Of a DNA stretch of 64,000 nucleotides, positions 29,427-40,548 are shown piece by piece. The stretch covers positions 26,140-90,139 of IMG/VR virus record IMGVR_UViG_3300044634_002252; one strand, 5' to 3'. The DNA is from a virus. How positions within the stretch are numbered: the stretch's first letter is position 1; each line of letters begins with the position of its first letter. Under the pieces are notes generated by a model. It was not told where the DNA came from, ran no database searches, and worked only from the letters and a program-made list of their open reading frames with translations. A program made the position numbers and the translations under genes.

Positions 29427-30083
29427 TTACCAATCTATGTTCGAACTAGCGGTGGATGACGGTGTGTCAAACCCTAGGTAGAAAGCCTCTTGCTCAGCGT
29501 ATGGCACCTTGCTCAAAGCAGACTCTAGTGGGTATGGACGGATATCGGCCCATACAAATGGTTCCTTGTCTGGAGTTGAAGGGATAAGGGTGTAGCTTGT
29601 CTCTGTACCCTGACCATTCCTCTTTAGCTTCCAGGTCTGGTTTGAAATGCTTCCAGTCTCAAGCGCAAACTCACGAATAGTGTTGAATGCAGACTGCTTG
29701 CTTACACCCATAGACCAGATAGCAACGTATGGGTCTTCTAGTCCATCGTCAACAAGGACGTTGCAGTAGAAGCGGAGACGTGCTCTCCATCCAGCCTTTG
29801 GATCTTTTCTGTGCATCTCTTCTGCCCAGTCTCGACCTTCGGTGTCCATAGTATCTACAGCCTTACGTCTGTAATCCTTCGGATTTGTGTGTTCCTTTAC
29901 AACAAGTGCAAGACCACGCTCTTCAGAATAGCTTGAGCTATCCTCGTCCAGCTCTTCAATGAAACGAATCTTTACAGACTGTCCATCTGCTAGCTTTAGC
30001 CAGCGAACCTTAGCCTTGTTCTCATCATACTTTGGCTTATCAAGTAATGCGTTGATATTCTTTAGCCCTTTTACTACGCTCAT
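29427..30083 (-). CDS. Single-stranded DNA-binding protein (gp32-like)
   Basis: KLADGQSVKIRF, KLKRNGQGTETSY, DW C-terminus; between primase and dnaE. Confidence 0.7.
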   Translation of the reverse strand: MSVVKGLKNINALLDKPKYDENKAKVRWLKLADGQSVKIRFIEELDEDSSSYSEERGLALVVKEHTNPKDYRRKAVDTMDTEGRDWAEEMHRKDPKAGWRARLRFYCNVLVDDGLEDPYVAIWSMGVSKQSAFNTIREFALETGSISNQTWKLKRNGQGTETSYTLIPSTPDKEPFVWADIRPYPLESALSKVPYAEQEAFYLGFDTPSSTASSNIDW

Positions 30084-30106
30084 TTTTTCTCCTATATATT
30101 AGTTTA

Positions 30107-31051
30107 TTATTTTAGCATTGAAGCGATTGATTTGTCAAATGATTCGTCCAATTGCTTGATTTCGTCATCTGACATATCGCCTATATCTTTATATTTTTTA
30201 TTTAGTTGTATTACGATAACACGAGATCCAAGATTTTCTACAATCTTGTCTTTCATGTTACCGCCTGCTTCATCATTATCTGCAATAACGCAAATGTTAT
30301 TGAAGTATTTTTTGAGTAGGTCTATTTGGTAGTTAGAGACATTCGACCCTAGAGTAGCTACCGCTGGGAAGCCACACTGATCTAGCCTAATTGCATCAAA
30401 AGATGACTCAACTACGTAAACTTTTTTAGATGCCTTGACCCTGTGGAGATTAAATAGCACCTTTGCTTTTGGAAGTCTTGGGGTGTTTTTAAAGTCTTTG
30501 CCCTCAACTGATCTACCCACAAATCCAACTTCCATACCGTCTGGAGAGTGAACTGGAACAGTTACCATATCTTGTTTTTCAGAATAACCAAGCCAAAACT
30601 TTTTTACAGAAGCTTCTGAGATGAGTCTGCCTTCAAAATACCTCATGGCTCTTGGTGACTCTAGTGCCTGAGAGTTAAGTCTTTTAATAGACACCTGATC
30701 GTACTGAACGTATTCTGGAATATCCACTAGCTTCTTGTTGACTCTATCTAAAACAGAAGAGCTCTCTTCTTTGCTTTTTATAAATCTAACAGCCTCAAAG
30801 TATTTTCTACCAGAGAAATGCATGACCAGCTCAATAAAGTCACAAACGTGGTGGCATGAAAAACAAAAGAACACTCCAGTGACCTTGTCAACTTCTCCTG
30901 CTGGAGTTCTGTTGTTGGCGTGAAATGGACAAAAGATAATAAAGTCAGTATCTACTTCTGACTGGACCTCTAGGCCCGTTCCTTCAAGAACTCTCTTAAT
31001 TTGCTCTCTTGTATATAGATTGGTTTTGTTTCGTCTATTCCCAGTATCCAT
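30107..31051 (-). CDS. DNA primase (DnaG-like)
   Basis: CPFH...CFSC zinc finger; GFVGR; TOPRIM VVES.FD and DNDEAG. Confidence 0.92.
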   Translation of the reverse strand: MDTGNRRNKTNLYTREQIKRVLEGTGLEVQSEVDTDFIIFCPFHANNRTPAGEVDKVTGVFFCFSCHHVCDFIELVMHFSGRKYFEAVRFIKSKEESSSVLDRVNKKLVDIPEYVQYDQVSIKRLNSQALESPRAMRYFEGRLISEASVKKFWLGYSEKQDMVTVPVHSPDGMEVGFVGRSVEGKDFKNTPRLPKAKVLFNLHRVKASKKVYVVESSFDAIRLDQCGFPAVATLGSNVSNYQIDLLKKYFNNICVIADNDEAGGNMKDKIVENLGSRVIVIQLNKKYKDIGDMSDDEIKQLDESFDKSIASMLK

Positions 31052-31296
31052 TCGCTTTGTTTCTTCCCTATATATATTCCGTATAAACTTAGTTTAAATT
31101 CAAAAAAATCTTTTAGCTCGTTATAGTATATCGTAAAATCTGGATTGATGTCAAGCCTTGGTACATACCCAGAAAGCCTCATCTCAGTGACAATCAGCCT
31201 TATATACTCGCCTTTGAGTCTAGGAATGGCAGAGTCATCGTGGATATTACCGTCCAAGCTAAATTTCTTAATTGGCTTGTGGTGTAGATTAAGCAT
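30970..31296 (-). CDS. Hypothetical protein, leaderless
   Basis: ATG 6 nt after TATAAT (31303-31308); overlaps primase 5' end. Confidence 0.65.
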   Translation of the reverse strand: MLNLHHKPIKKFSLDGNIHDDSAIPRLKGEYIRLIVTEMRLSGYVPRLDINPDFTIYYNELKDFFEFKLSLYGIYIGKKQSEWILGIDETKPIYIQESKLREFLKERA

Positions 31297-31309
31297 GTAT
31301 TAATTATAA

Positions 31310-32530
31310 CTACTTATCCTCAAAGTCCTTGTATCTGTACCAGCCCTTATCAAAGTCTACCTGGACCAAAAAGTCGCCCATAAACCCATTACGATTCTTT
31401 CTAAATACACACTCAATAATATCGCTGTTTGTTGCACGGCCCAACGCTAAGACCCAGTCTGCATCGTAAGCAATCTGTCTAGACCAAGCTGTTTGACCAA
31501 GCGTTGGAACAGTGTCAAGCTTTGTTACGTCATCTGGAGTTGCTGAAGAGATTGCCATAATTGGGACCTGCTCAGAAATTGCCATAAGCTTTAGCTCTCT
31601 AGAAAGATTCTTCATCCTAACAGTTTCATTCTCGGACTTCTGGTTTGGAGACATTAGTTGCAAATAGTCTACGACAACAAAGTCTGGCTTGTACTGATCT
31701 AGCTTTCCTCTAAGTACAGAAGGGTTTACATCTCCACCACTATCATTGGAAATAATATGAAACTCTGGCTTGCCTTCAAGATTCTTTTCGTGCCACTTAG
31801 CTAAGTCTTCTAGATCTACCTGACCACTCGAAAGCTTTCTATGTGACCAAAGGCCTTCGCCCATGATTGCATAAACACGATTACGAACTTCGGTTTCGCT
31901 CATCTCAAGACTTACGATCATTGGAGACTTACCCTGCTTCCAAGCCTGTACCGCAAAGTATAAAGATAGCCAAGACTTACCGATACCAGGATACGCAAGA
32001 AACACGCCAAGCTGTCCTGGCATAATTCCAGAAGGAAGGTAGTTGTCAAAACCTGGCAAACCAGTTTTGATTCCAAGCATACCCAGCTCTTGCTCTCTTT
32101 GAAGCTTCTTATAGTATTCTACAGCGGAAGCCAAATCAGTAGCATCAATATCTCGAATTGCAGAGGTATTCTTTTTAAGCTCTGAGGTCTTTGTAATAAG
32201 TGTCTCAAGGGCGTTAACACTACTACCGCCCTGGATCTCTGTCGCTGCAGAAACTAGAATTTCTTTTATGCTGCTTTCAAGGTACTCCCCTTGCAGCTCT
32301 TCTAGGTGGTGCTTGGTGGCACCCACTCCTTCAACTGGAGAAAAGTCTCTAAACTTGTCGACTACTACTGACTTGGGCGGAACTGATCCATTAATCTCAG
32401 CATACTTACGAATAAACTCCCAAATATCTGTGTGCGTTCTTAGAAGCTTTTCTACGTCTGCTTGAAGCAGGACGTGCAGCTGCTTATCCTCCAGGACTGC
32501 AGATATTAGTTTATCTTCTACGCTACTCAC
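31310..32530 (-). CDS. dnaB: Replicative DnaB-like helicase
   Basis: AYPGIGKS, SLEMS, VVDYLQLM, SRELK, YDADWV, KNRNG. Confidence 0.95.
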   Translation of the reverse strand: MSSVEDKLISAVLEDKQLHVLLQADVEKLLRTHTDIWEFIRKYAEINGSVPPKSVVVDKFRDFSPVEGVGATKHHLEELQGEYLESSIKEILVSAATEIQGGSSVNALETLITKTSELKKNTSAIRDIDATDLASAVEYYKKLQREQELGMLGIKTGLPGFDNYLPSGIMPGQLGVFLAYPGIGKSWLSLYFAVQAWKQGKSPMIVSLEMSETEVRNRVYAIMGEGLWSHRKLSSGQVDLEDLAKWHEKNLEGKPEFHIISNDSGGDVNPSVLRGKLDQYKPDFVVVDYLQLMSPNQKSENETVRMKNLSRELKLMAISEQVPIMAISSATPDDVTKLDTVPTLGQTAWSRQIAYDADWVLALGRATNSDIIECVFRKNRNGFMGDFLVQVDFDKGWYRYKDFEDK

Positions 32531-32831
32531 TTAGCCACTCTTTCGCTTTCTTTCTTCTTTCAATTCTTTCAACCGTATCTTCTTCGATACGTGATTTAGA
32601 TTCAATTAGTTTATCTATATTGCTTGCAAAGTTTTTCCAATTTGGAGTTGGGTGCACATCGAAGTAATACTCTAGCATTTCATAGCATACATGAATTCCA
32701 TAAGAATCTATGATTGCATCTGCTGCCCAGGCTTCTGCCCATCTGTTAAGGTTTGGCTTTATGTCATATTTGAACTTGTAGTGCTTTTCAAATTTGCTGA
32801 GCAAGGCCATTTGGTCTTTACGCTCAGCCAT
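32523..32831 (-). CDS. Hypothetical protein (possible helicase loader/initiator)
   Basis: ORF overlapping the dnaB start; function inferred from position only. Confidence 0.6.
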   Translation of the reverse strand: MAERKDQMALLSKFEKHYKFKYDIKPNLNRWAEAWAADAIIDSYGIHVCYEMLEYYFDVHPTPNWKNFASNIDKLIESKSRIEEDTVERIERRKKAKEWLSE

Positions 32832-32832
32832 C

Positions 32833-33042
32833 CTACTTAGCCTCTACCTCAGCTGAAGCTTCTTTAACCTTGGAGGCAAGCTTGTCTTCAACAAAAGCAT
32901 AGACACGCTCAAAGGCATCTCCAATGTTTTCGCCATCACGCTTGTTGTCCTGGATCTCTACGTCAATTCGCAAAGACTGAAAGTTTCCTAGGTTAAGGGT
33001 ATAGCCTAAAGCGACCCTTACCTTAGTTTCTTCGTTATTCAT
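32833..33042 (-). CDS. Hypothetical protein
   Basis: LGYTLNLGNFQSLRID motif; tight operon packing. Confidence 0.7.
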   Translation of the reverse strand: MNNEETKVRVALGYTLNLGNFQSLRIDVEIQDNKRDGENIGDAFERVYAFVEDKLASKVKEASAEVEAK

Positions 33043-33054
33043 ACCCGTTTCTTT

Positions 33055-33585
33055 CTATATAGATTCTGACCAAATTGGAATGAATCTTCCATCTTCGGTT
33101 CTTGTATATGTCAGTATACCATCACCCATCCTTCTTGTCAACTCTTGAGTGGATGGAGTTACATCATTTGTAATTAACTTATCTTTCCTAGGTCTTCCCA
33201 TATGGTAGGATGCAAGTATATCACGAATCTCTCTTATTTGCGACTCTGAGTAGTAGCTTCTTACTTGCCACCCAGTGCTTCCACCCTTTTGAGATCCAGT
33301 TGGATGTGGAATTATACCACGCTTCATTAAATTTGGCAAATACTTTTTGTGACGATTTACAAGTTCAGCAGTTTGTCCAACAGTGTATGCCCTTTGCCTA
33401 CTTTTTTTAAAATCTGAGATCAGACAGCTTTCTATTTGATCTTTAGTTATATTATAAACAGACATAATTCCATTAGACTTATTTAAATGATGAACTCTTA
33501 CAAGACTGTCATTTAAAAACCAAACTTTTTTGCTTCCAGGAATAACTGGAGCAGCGTTGTAGAGACTCATGTCCGTTAGTGGCAT
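33055..33585 (-). CDS. MerR/excisionase-like HTH DNA-binding protein
   Basis: YTVGQTAELVNRH...KRGIIPHP...RSYYSE. Confidence 0.65.
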   Translation of the reverse strand: MPLTDMSLYNAAPVIPGSKKVWFLNDSLVRVHHLNKSNGIMSVYNITKDQIESCLISDFKKSRQRAYTVGQTAELVNRHKKYLPNLMKRGIIPHPTGSQKGGSTGWQVRSYYSESQIREIRDILASYHMGRPRKDKLITNDVTPSTQELTRRMGDGILTYTRTEDGRFIPIWSESI

Positions 33586-33593
33586 GAGTAATC

Positions 33594-34046
33594 CTAGCTT
33601 GGAATTCCTATTGCAAGAATATTAATTCCTATGGAGGCAGTACCGCTTGTTCCGAACCTTGCAACACCTTCTACCCTAGAGGTAGTCACCAAAGTCAGAA
33701 CAACAGAAACGTCTCCACCACTTGCAGTACCAGATATGTTGATTGGTGTTGCTGTTACAATTGGTGGATACTTAAAATCTGCTGCAGGGAAGTTGTAGGA
33801 GAAGCTAGCTGTAGACCCAGCAGTAACCTCTGTATTAGGCGATAGCTCATAATACCCACCAACCATCCTACTGTCAGTAATACGCACATCCTGCCTACCA
33901 ATGTTTGCTGCTGGGGTTTCGATTGAGCTAAACTTGTTGGAAGAGTAGGATGCCTGAGTCGATAGCTGATTTACTGCATTTGCAAGCTGATAAATGTATG
34001 AAAGATCTAGAGGTTGCCCACGCTCTGGTACTGGAATATTTGCCAT
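33594..34046 (-). CDS. Minor tail/fibre protein (H-type lectin-like C-terminus)
   Basis: FKYPPIVTAT...INILAIG; ATG 34046 with AGGAG SD and TGgTATAAT at 34065-34073. Confidence 0.6.
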   Translation of the reverse strand: MANIPVPERGQPLDLSYIYQLANAVNQLSTQASYSSNKFSSIETPAANIGRQDVRITDSRMVGGYYELSPNTEVTAGSTASFSYNFPAADFKYPPIVTATPINISGTASGGDVSVVLTLVTTSRVEGVARFGTSGTASIGINILAIGIPS

Positions 34047-34065
34047 TATTTCTCCTAAACTAATA

Positions 34066-34488
34066 TTATACCAGAGGTATAACTCCTGATTCATAAATTT
34101 CTAATGCTTCGCTTCTGGTCTTGGCTATTCCAGATACCTGAATAGCGAACCTAAAGGAATCTTCTGCATTATTAATAAATGTATATGTATGAACAGATGA
34201 TGTTCCATGATAAAAGTAGTTTTCATTATCAAACTTGACAAAGATGTCATACTGTGGACGACTTTCCTCGTCTCCCCAAACAAGTGTAACCACTCTTCCA
34301 TTTATAGAGTATTCTGCATCTACGGTTTGTGGTGGCTTAGCGTTTAAGGAAAAAACTGAAGACCAGGAGGAAACCCTGTTTTTGTCGTCTGACACTATCC
34401 TATATCTTACTAGATATTTGTTTTCTGAGGTAACATCAGTCAAAGAGGATTTTGGGATTACTACCTTTTTGATTCCTGCGTCTGCCAC
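34066..34488 (-). CDS. Minor tail protein (FN3-like)
   Basis: YLVRYRIVSDDKNRVSSWS; tail-gene context. Confidence 0.55.
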   Translation of the reverse strand: MADAGIKKVVIPKSSLTDVTSENKYLVRYRIVSDDKNRVSSWSSVFSLNAKPPQTVDAEYSINGRVVTLVWGDEESRPQYDIFVKFDNENYFYHGTSSVHTYTFINNAEDSFRFAIQVSGIAKTRSEALEIYESGVIPLV

Positions 34489-35663
34489 TACTCTACCCCA
34501 ATTGCAATTCTAAACTCTATGTAGTTTGAAGTGTTTGAAGCTTTTACAATAGGTAAAGCTCCGTCCGACTTGACTACCGAATACCCTGTCAATCCATATA
34601 AAGGATTGGTTGTTGTCAAATTTTCAAGTTTCATTCCATCTAAAGCAATATAGTAATCCGAAGACGGCTCATCGTCTTTTGACACCTGGGCATAAATCCT
34701 TGCAGTGTTTGCAGTATTCCAGTTAAAACCAGAAGTATAATAAAGATTTTGAATTTCTTTTGAAACTACAAAATATCTGTTTTCAGAAAAGTCACCAACT
34801 TCGGGATCTTCTTCCTGAGTAGTAACAACACCGTTATCTATATTTACTGAAAAGCTTGCATATTGCTGAGGACTTGCTGATGAAAAGAATTTAACCAAAA
34901 TCTTAACATTGTCTGGAACATTTGCATCTTCTCCATCTTTATTTATTAAAGAAAACGCAAGCTTAATTTTATCAGTTGGCGCATTTTTGCTAAAGCTAAA
35001 TGATGTCTCTGCTCTTTCTATGTAGCTACCAGAAGTAATGGAGACGCCTTCCGTTATGCTAGATGCTAGCTGAGAACTGTCTCCAGCAATCATAATCATA
35101 TTATTAAAGAATCTGCATCTTTCATTTCTGCCAACTCTTGTGCTATCTGTAAAGATTCTGTTATCCGCATTAGTATGGAATGTAGGAGTTTCGACCATTG
35201 TTCCATTTACAATATATTCTCCAGTAATTACGTTATTTCCAGCCGTATCTAGTGGCGCATAAACTGATGGAATCTCGTCTGATCCCTGCAGCTTCCAGCC
35301 TTCATTCTGATTAAACAAAAAAAAGTTTTTGCTGTCGAATGAGCCTGCAGAGGGGTTTGATTGTGCTGGAAAAATTCCAACTTCTGTAATTTCATATCTC
35401 TCTTCTGTGGGCAATTCAGCAGTCAGCACTAGCTTTGTTAAATTATTTTCATTAATATATCCCTTTGAAATAATTGGAACACGAAACATCTCAAAGTCTA
35501 ATGATTTTTTTTCTGAATATTCTGTTTTTTGAGAATTGGTAAATCCAGACTCTTCGCTATTCAGAGCCGATGGCCCACAGCCCACAGCAATATAAGAGGC
35601 ATAAGCTGGTGCTTGTCCGATAAGGTATTTAGCCAATATACCTTTTCCAGTATTTGTAATCAT
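34488..35663 (-). CDS. Minor tail/baseplate protein
   Basis: MITNTGK.ILAKYL...YIAVG...ITEVGIF (tail-collar-like N-terminus). Confidence 0.65.
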   Translation of the reverse strand: MITNTGKGILAKYLIGQAPAYASYIAVGCGPSALNSEESGFTNSQKTEYSEKKSLDFEMFRVPIISKGYINENNLTKLVLTAELPTEERYEITEVGIFPAQSNPSAGSFDSKNFFLFNQNEGWKLQGSDEIPSVYAPLDTAGNNVITGEYIVNGTMVETPTFHTNADNRIFTDSTRVGRNERCRFFNNMIMIAGDSSQLASSITEGVSITSGSYIERAETSFSFSKNAPTDKIKLAFSLINKDGEDANVPDNVKILVKFFSSASPQQYASFSVNIDNGVVTTQEEDPEVGDFSENRYFVVSKEIQNLYYTSGFNWNTANTARIYAQVSKDDEPSSDYYIALDGMKLENLTTTNPLYGLTGYSVVKSDGALPIVKASNTSNYIEFRIAIGVE

Positions 35664-36187
35664 TATGAAGACTCCTCAGAGTATATTGTATCATGTAGCT
35701 GGCCTATGTTGGAAATAACTTGCACTTCTACTTGCTCCTCTGGTTTCAGATTAATTAGATCTATAACCAAATCGCCAGTATTAGGGTCTACATAGACATA
35801 CTTACAGTTTGGAACCTCAACGTCATCCAGGATATCATAGCCGCTACCGCATTCTGGAGTCTTGGTATAAATAGAAATTGCAAAATTCTTAAAATAGTCT
35901 TTGTCAGTTCTAGATAGCGGAACTATGTTTTCTGATCTATACTGATAGGCCAAGTCTGAAAGATTTTTTACAAGTTGGTATGTAACGTTTTGACCATTTA
36001 TAATATCATTTCTAACAACGTTGATTATTTCTTGACCACCAATGTCTTCAAAAATAAGATCCACCATTACGTCTTCTGTAAGTGTGCTGTCAGAAAAGTT
36101 CAGCAGGTCTGGGGTAGCAATTTTTACGGAGCTGCTGGTGTTTGAGGCATAAGCTCTAGTTTCTGTTGATAATGGTCTAGAATCCAT
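35663..36187 (-). CDS. Minor tail protein
   Basis: Position in the tail operon; TAATG coupling. Confidence 0.55.
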   Translation of the reverse strand: MDSRPLSTETRAYASNTSSSVKIATPDLLNFSDSTLTEDVMVDLIFEDIGGQEIINVVRNDIINGQNVTYQLVKNLSDLAYQYRSENIVPLSRTDKDYFKNFAISIYTKTPECGSGYDILDDVEVPNCKYVYVDPNTGDLVIDLINLKPEEQVEVQVISNIGQLHDTIYSEESS

Positions 36188-39100
36188 TATGCCACCTCAC
36201 TTAAAAATACAGACATCTCTGGGCCGTCTGAGGATACTGAGTACTCTATCTGATAAACTACAAACCTATCGCTATCGTCTGATACTTGATTTATATTGTT
36301 TGTATCCTTATAGTTAATATTAACAATATCTCCTAGCTGTAATATTGGCACTCCAAAAACATTAACCCCAACAGATTTTCTTGGCTTCATAACTTTAGAT
36401 ATCATCCAAGACATTAGATTTTCTGCATCGTCATGTGACTGTATATATGGTGCATCTAGGGTAAAATCTTTTTTACCATGAGTTAGTCTGCTAACCTTTA
36501 TGTCCTGATAATCTTGCTTAAATTTTGTTGGATAACTAACTAATTGCTGACCATCAAATTGTGGATTAGATAGGTCGCTATTTTTATCAAAGTATTCATC
36601 TACAGTTAGCTCGTGAGTAGACTGCTGAGTAAAGGTAACTCCCTGAATTCTTAAGTAGTTTCCGCTTGTCTCATCTAAACTTAATGCTGTGTCAGTTGCA
36701 TTAAATATTAAGAACTCTGCTCCATATGCAGTAGCCATAAATCCAGAAGTAGTGTATCCCTTTATTTGATTAAATGTTGGAGATAGCTTTGCATAAAGAG
36801 CTGGAAAAGCTTTGTCATATCTTATATTGAAGTAAGCGGCCTCTCTCATAATTGTTCCAAACTCTTCAAAATAGATGTTGTATCTTGGCGGTTCTGATGG
36901 GCTAATTCCAGATAGATATGTTGACTGCACTACGCCACTTAGGGCATACTTTCTAAATGATTCATTCATGCTTATCTCCTCTCCAGAGAAGACGTCGCTT
37001 ATTGGAGTATCCAGTGCATACGCTGTATTTTGAGAATAATTATTTGTAATTGCATAAATATTTTCAAACATGGCTCTGGATCCACCACGAACAAATAAAC
37101 ACATGTTTCTGTGTATTGGCAATGGATTGTCGTCTACGACTGTAGCTATTAGCTTATTATTAATATATAAGAAGAATCTTCTAGATGTTCCAATATCCTG
37201 GTACTCAACTGCTAGGTCATAGACAGTTGGTTTGTCTTCATTCGCCATTCTATATTGACCAGTAAAATTACCATCATCTACTAAGATTTGTGCGAAGCCG
37301 CCAAATAGCTTTACTGGCATAGCTTTGGTTTCAGAGCTATTGGTTGACTTTGCTACCTTATAGAATAATACATTGTGTATTTCGTCTGAGTTATCGTACG
37401 AATTTATGTTATTTTCGGTAAGTGCAACTATCTCAAAAAAGTATCCATTGTTTGTTTCTGGATTTACTAAAATTCCTAGACCGCCACTGGCACCAGAAAT
37501 TATTGATGCTTGGCTTGGTGTGCTTGATGATCCTAAATAGTAAGATGACGATCCAATTGGAGTTTGTGCACTATTTACATTATTCTCAACTTTGCCAACA
37601 ATCCTCATCCTAGAGCCAAAGTGTTTATACTTATCATCTAAAGGTTTGTATACGTATGATATAAAGTCTGTTGGAGTATCGGCAGTTGTGAATGCTGGAC
37701 CAGTAAATACAAAAGCTGATGACTGGATTGTTCCAGGAGCCATGGACTCTTCTGAAACATTTTCTAGCTGAGGTTTATAGGTTAGAAAGTTTTTAAGAAT
37801 TCCAGTTCTAGAAGAATTTTGTGCAAGAGAATTATTAGAACCAATTGCTCCAGAAATAACTGTCTGTGCTGTAGCATTTCCAAATAACTGAGATCCGTTC
37901 ATGACGCACCCACGAACATTTTGGTTGTCTGACCAATAAGAAGAAAGGCCAGCCTGGTGACTAACAATCTTAGTACCAAATTGGTTTCTTCCATGCTTGG
38001 CTACTGGACCGTTTGCTAGCTGAGGTCTGCCCTCAATAGTGACATAGTTTGGCTCAGAATATATCCTAACTCTTCCAGTTGGATACATCTTTCCATTAAA
38101 TGGCAATTTGGCAAAATACTTTTGATAGTCTCTTACGCTAGTTATCCATACCCTGCCAATACCACCAGAAACAGATGCATCTGCAACGAGTTCTCCATTA
38201 ATATTTTCTTGTAAGATAGTTCTCTCTAGTCCAGGAATTTCAAATTCTACGGCATCGTATTTTATAACTTCACCATTTGCATAGAAGTATCCGTTATACC
38301 TTGTAATCCAATAAACACTTTCTCCTAGATCCATAATGTTATTTTCAATAGTTCCGTTAACAACAAGTGGTGGTTGATCGTTCAGAGAGGTGCTCAGTGG
38401 AATGGCAGCCAAAACAAAATTAGACTGATTATTCACAACATCATTTACCGATTTTGTATTTTCAGAACCAGCTACCTCCCAAAGTAAAGCAGGTCTATAA
38501 ATCCATACCTTATCTTTATCTATCATGCTTGCCTGTCTAATAGTTCCGTAAGATCTTTGAATATATCTAGTATTATAGTTAATCTTTCCACCATTAAAAA
38601 CATCATCTTTTTGACTTGCAATTTGAACAATATTTGCTAGCTTTGCGCTTGTCGTCTTATTGGCTAGTTGACCATCTACAGAAAAATCTTTTGATCCATA
38701 GAGTGTTAGGTCTATCTCTCTTTCAGATTCTGAAGGTAGCATATATTCTTTTGACATTACGACTAAGTTATTATACTCGTCAAAGAACATAGCACTTTGG
38801 GTTGATACAGCTATATCATTCAATACCTCTGCCAAAGATTTATCTGGTGCCACAAAAAAGTTTGGAATTATTGCCTCTGAGAAATTATTTAATCTCTTAA
38901 AAATATAGTTTGAGAATCCAACAGAGTCTAGTACCATAGATACTGCATAGCTAAGGGATGCATTTTGAATAAAAGTTTGTGGCGCTGCCTTTGATTCAAA
39001 ATAAAAGAATAGATCTCTAAGCTCTATCTTGACAGATCTGTCTTCTGAAGTTAACTCTGGAACTTGTTCGGAGTACATTGTTTTAATTGGCACATAGTAG

Positions 39101-40548
39101 TCTTCTCCATTAACATCTAGAATAACTTCGTATAGTTTAAACTGAATGCCCTTATTTAAATATCTTCTAACAATGCTATTAGTGTTGTTAGAACTAAATG
39201 CCAAGTCATAGTCAAATAGTGATATAGATCCTACCCCTGCTAAAAGTTGCCCTACTGGCATTCCGCTATTTCCAAGGTCGGAAGCGGCCTTTGTAACACT
39301 AAACCCCTCCACCTTATCAGAAAGATTTACTGCCAGCCTAGGGGATAGTTCAATTAGGTCAAATGTTGAATCTACCTTATTCATTGTATCTACTACAATG
39401 CGTATTCCAGAAATTTCATCAAACTCTCTGTACTTCTTTATTCCGTCTGTTGGGTCTAAGTAAAATGCTGGAGCTGTTAGGTTTGTTGCAAAGTTTGTAA
39501 GCTTATTTACCTGAGACTCCTCAAGATGCCATCCGTATTCTGGAACAAAGGTTTCGTAATCTTCTAAATAGTCTAGCCAGATATGATATGTTCCAATCTC
39601 ATCAGCTGTTTCTTTAATGAGATAAGCCTGACCATTAAGAGATTGCTCTGGAAGAAAGCTTTGTGTATAATACTCATCTGCCTTAATAAAAATATCTTTA
39701 TAGATTTCTGGAACAATTAGTCCGTAAGAAAGCTCTAAGTATCCGTCTGACTTAATTATAGGAGTTCCGTCTTCTCTTGTTGAGCTAAGGTCGAAGGACA
39801 CGGCATCTGTCCAGTTATTATCTTTTAATGTTTGAACTTTCCATTTTACTGGAGTTGTGCTATTTTGATTTCCAAAAAATGGATCTTCAAAGTCGCCACC
39901 GTTTTCGGAGAAGGTTCCAAGGTCAATATCGCCTATGTTGGTTTGCATTTTTACAACCAGTCTGTTTGCTGGAACTATGTTTTTATATACAACAAAAGGA
40001 GATGCATCATCTATAAAGTATTGATTATTAATAAATTTATTAGCAATTCCTCTTTCAGTGCCAGCCTCTGTTCTATATGATGACCAGTATTTGAATTGAT
40101 CATCTTTATGTGCCATATAATACCTTGGCCTTCTGACCATATCAATATTAGTAAAATGAGTGTACTTACCAGGGAAATACCTAAGTTTGTTAATTCCTGA
40201 ACGGGGCCTAAATTTTCCGAAACAGTCTTCTAATGAATAAAGAAGTCTTTCTTTTTCTTTTGGAGGCGTAAATAGGATTGGAGTTTCATCGTCATCTTCA
40301 AGGCCACCGTCAATAACTACATCTGCGTCTGTTGCATTTGTGTAAAAATTTCCAGAGTCGCTCTCATCAAATGAGGTTACTGCTAGTCCGTAGTCACTGG
40401 ATGGACCCTCAGATGGGCGGTATCTGTAGTTACCAATCTTTAGAATGTTTTCTGCAATATTCATATTCCATTCTGCAATTACAGCAGAATTAGTTTTAAT
40501 TGTAGAAGATGTCTCTAAATGATTTAATAGTTCATCATTCTTAAACAT
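36187..40548 (-). CDS. Large minor tail (hub/central fibre) protein
   Basis: 1453 aa after the distal-tail gene; MFFDEYNNLV and C-terminal PILQLGDIV hub motifs. Confidence 0.7.
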   Translation of the reverse strand: MFKNDELLNHLETSSTIKTNSAVIAEWNMNIAENILKIGNYRYRPSEGPSSDYGLAVTSFDESDSGNFYTNATDADVVIDGGLEDDDETPILFTPPKEKERLLYSLEDCFGKFRPRSGINKLRYFPGKYTHFTNIDMVRRPRYYMAHKDDQFKYWSSYRTEAGTERGIANKFINNQYFIDDASPFVVYKNIVPANRLVVKMQTNIGDIDLGTFSENGGDFEDPFFGNQNSTTPVKWKVQTLKDNNWTDAVSFDLSSTREDGTPIIKSDGYLELSYGLIVPEIYKDIFIKADEYYTQSFLPEQSLNGQAYLIKETADEIGTYHIWLDYLEDYETFVPEYGWHLEESQVNKLTNFATNLTAPAFYLDPTDGIKKYREFDEISGIRIVVDTMNKVDSTFDLIELSPRLAVNLSDKVEGFSVTKAASDLGNSGMPVGQLLAGVGSISLFDYDLAFSSNNTNSIVRRYLNKGIQFKLYEVILDVNGEDYYVPIKTMYSEQVPELTSEDRSVKIELRDLFFYFESKAAPQTFIQNASLSYAVSMVLDSVGFSNYIFKRLNNFSEAIIPNFFVAPDKSLAEVLNDIAVSTQSAMFFDEYNNLVVMSKEYMLPSESEREIDLTLYGSKDFSVDGQLANKTTSAKLANIVQIASQKDDVFNGGKINYNTRYIQRSYGTIRQASMIDKDKVWIYRPALLWEVAGSENTKSVNDVVNNQSNFVLAAIPLSTSLNDQPPLVVNGTIENNIMDLGESVYWITRYNGYFYANGEVIKYDAVEFEIPGLERTILQENINGELVADASVSGGIGRVWITSVRDYQKYFAKLPFNGKMYPTGRVRIYSEPNYVTIEGRPQLANGPVAKHGRNQFGTKIVSHQAGLSSYWSDNQNVRGCVMNGSQLFGNATAQTVISGAIGSNNSLAQNSSRTGILKNFLTYKPQLENVSEESMAPGTIQSSAFVFTGPAFTTADTPTDFISYVYKPLDDKYKHFGSRMRIVGKVENNVNSAQTPIGSSSYYLGSSSTPSQASIISGASGGLGILVNPETNNGYFFEIVALTENNINSYDNSDEIHNVLFYKVAKSTNSSETKAMPVKLFGGFAQILVDDGNFTGQYRMANEDKPTVYDLAVEYQDIGTSRRFFLYINNKLIATVVDDNPLPIHRNMCLFVRGGSRAMFENIYAITNNYSQNTAYALDTPISDVFSGEEISMNESFRKYALSGVVQSTYLSGISPSEPPRYNIYFEEFGTIMREAAYFNIRYDKAFPALYAKLSPTFNQIKGYTTSGFMATAYGAEFLIFNATDTALSLDETSGNYLRIQGVTFTQQSTHELTVDEYFDKNSDLSNPQFDGQQLVSYPTKFKQDYQDIKVSRLTHGKKDFTLDAPYIQSHDDAENLMSWMISKVMKPRKSVGVNVFGVPILQLGDIVNINYKDTNNINQVSDDSDRFVVYQIEYSVSSDGPEMSVFLSEVA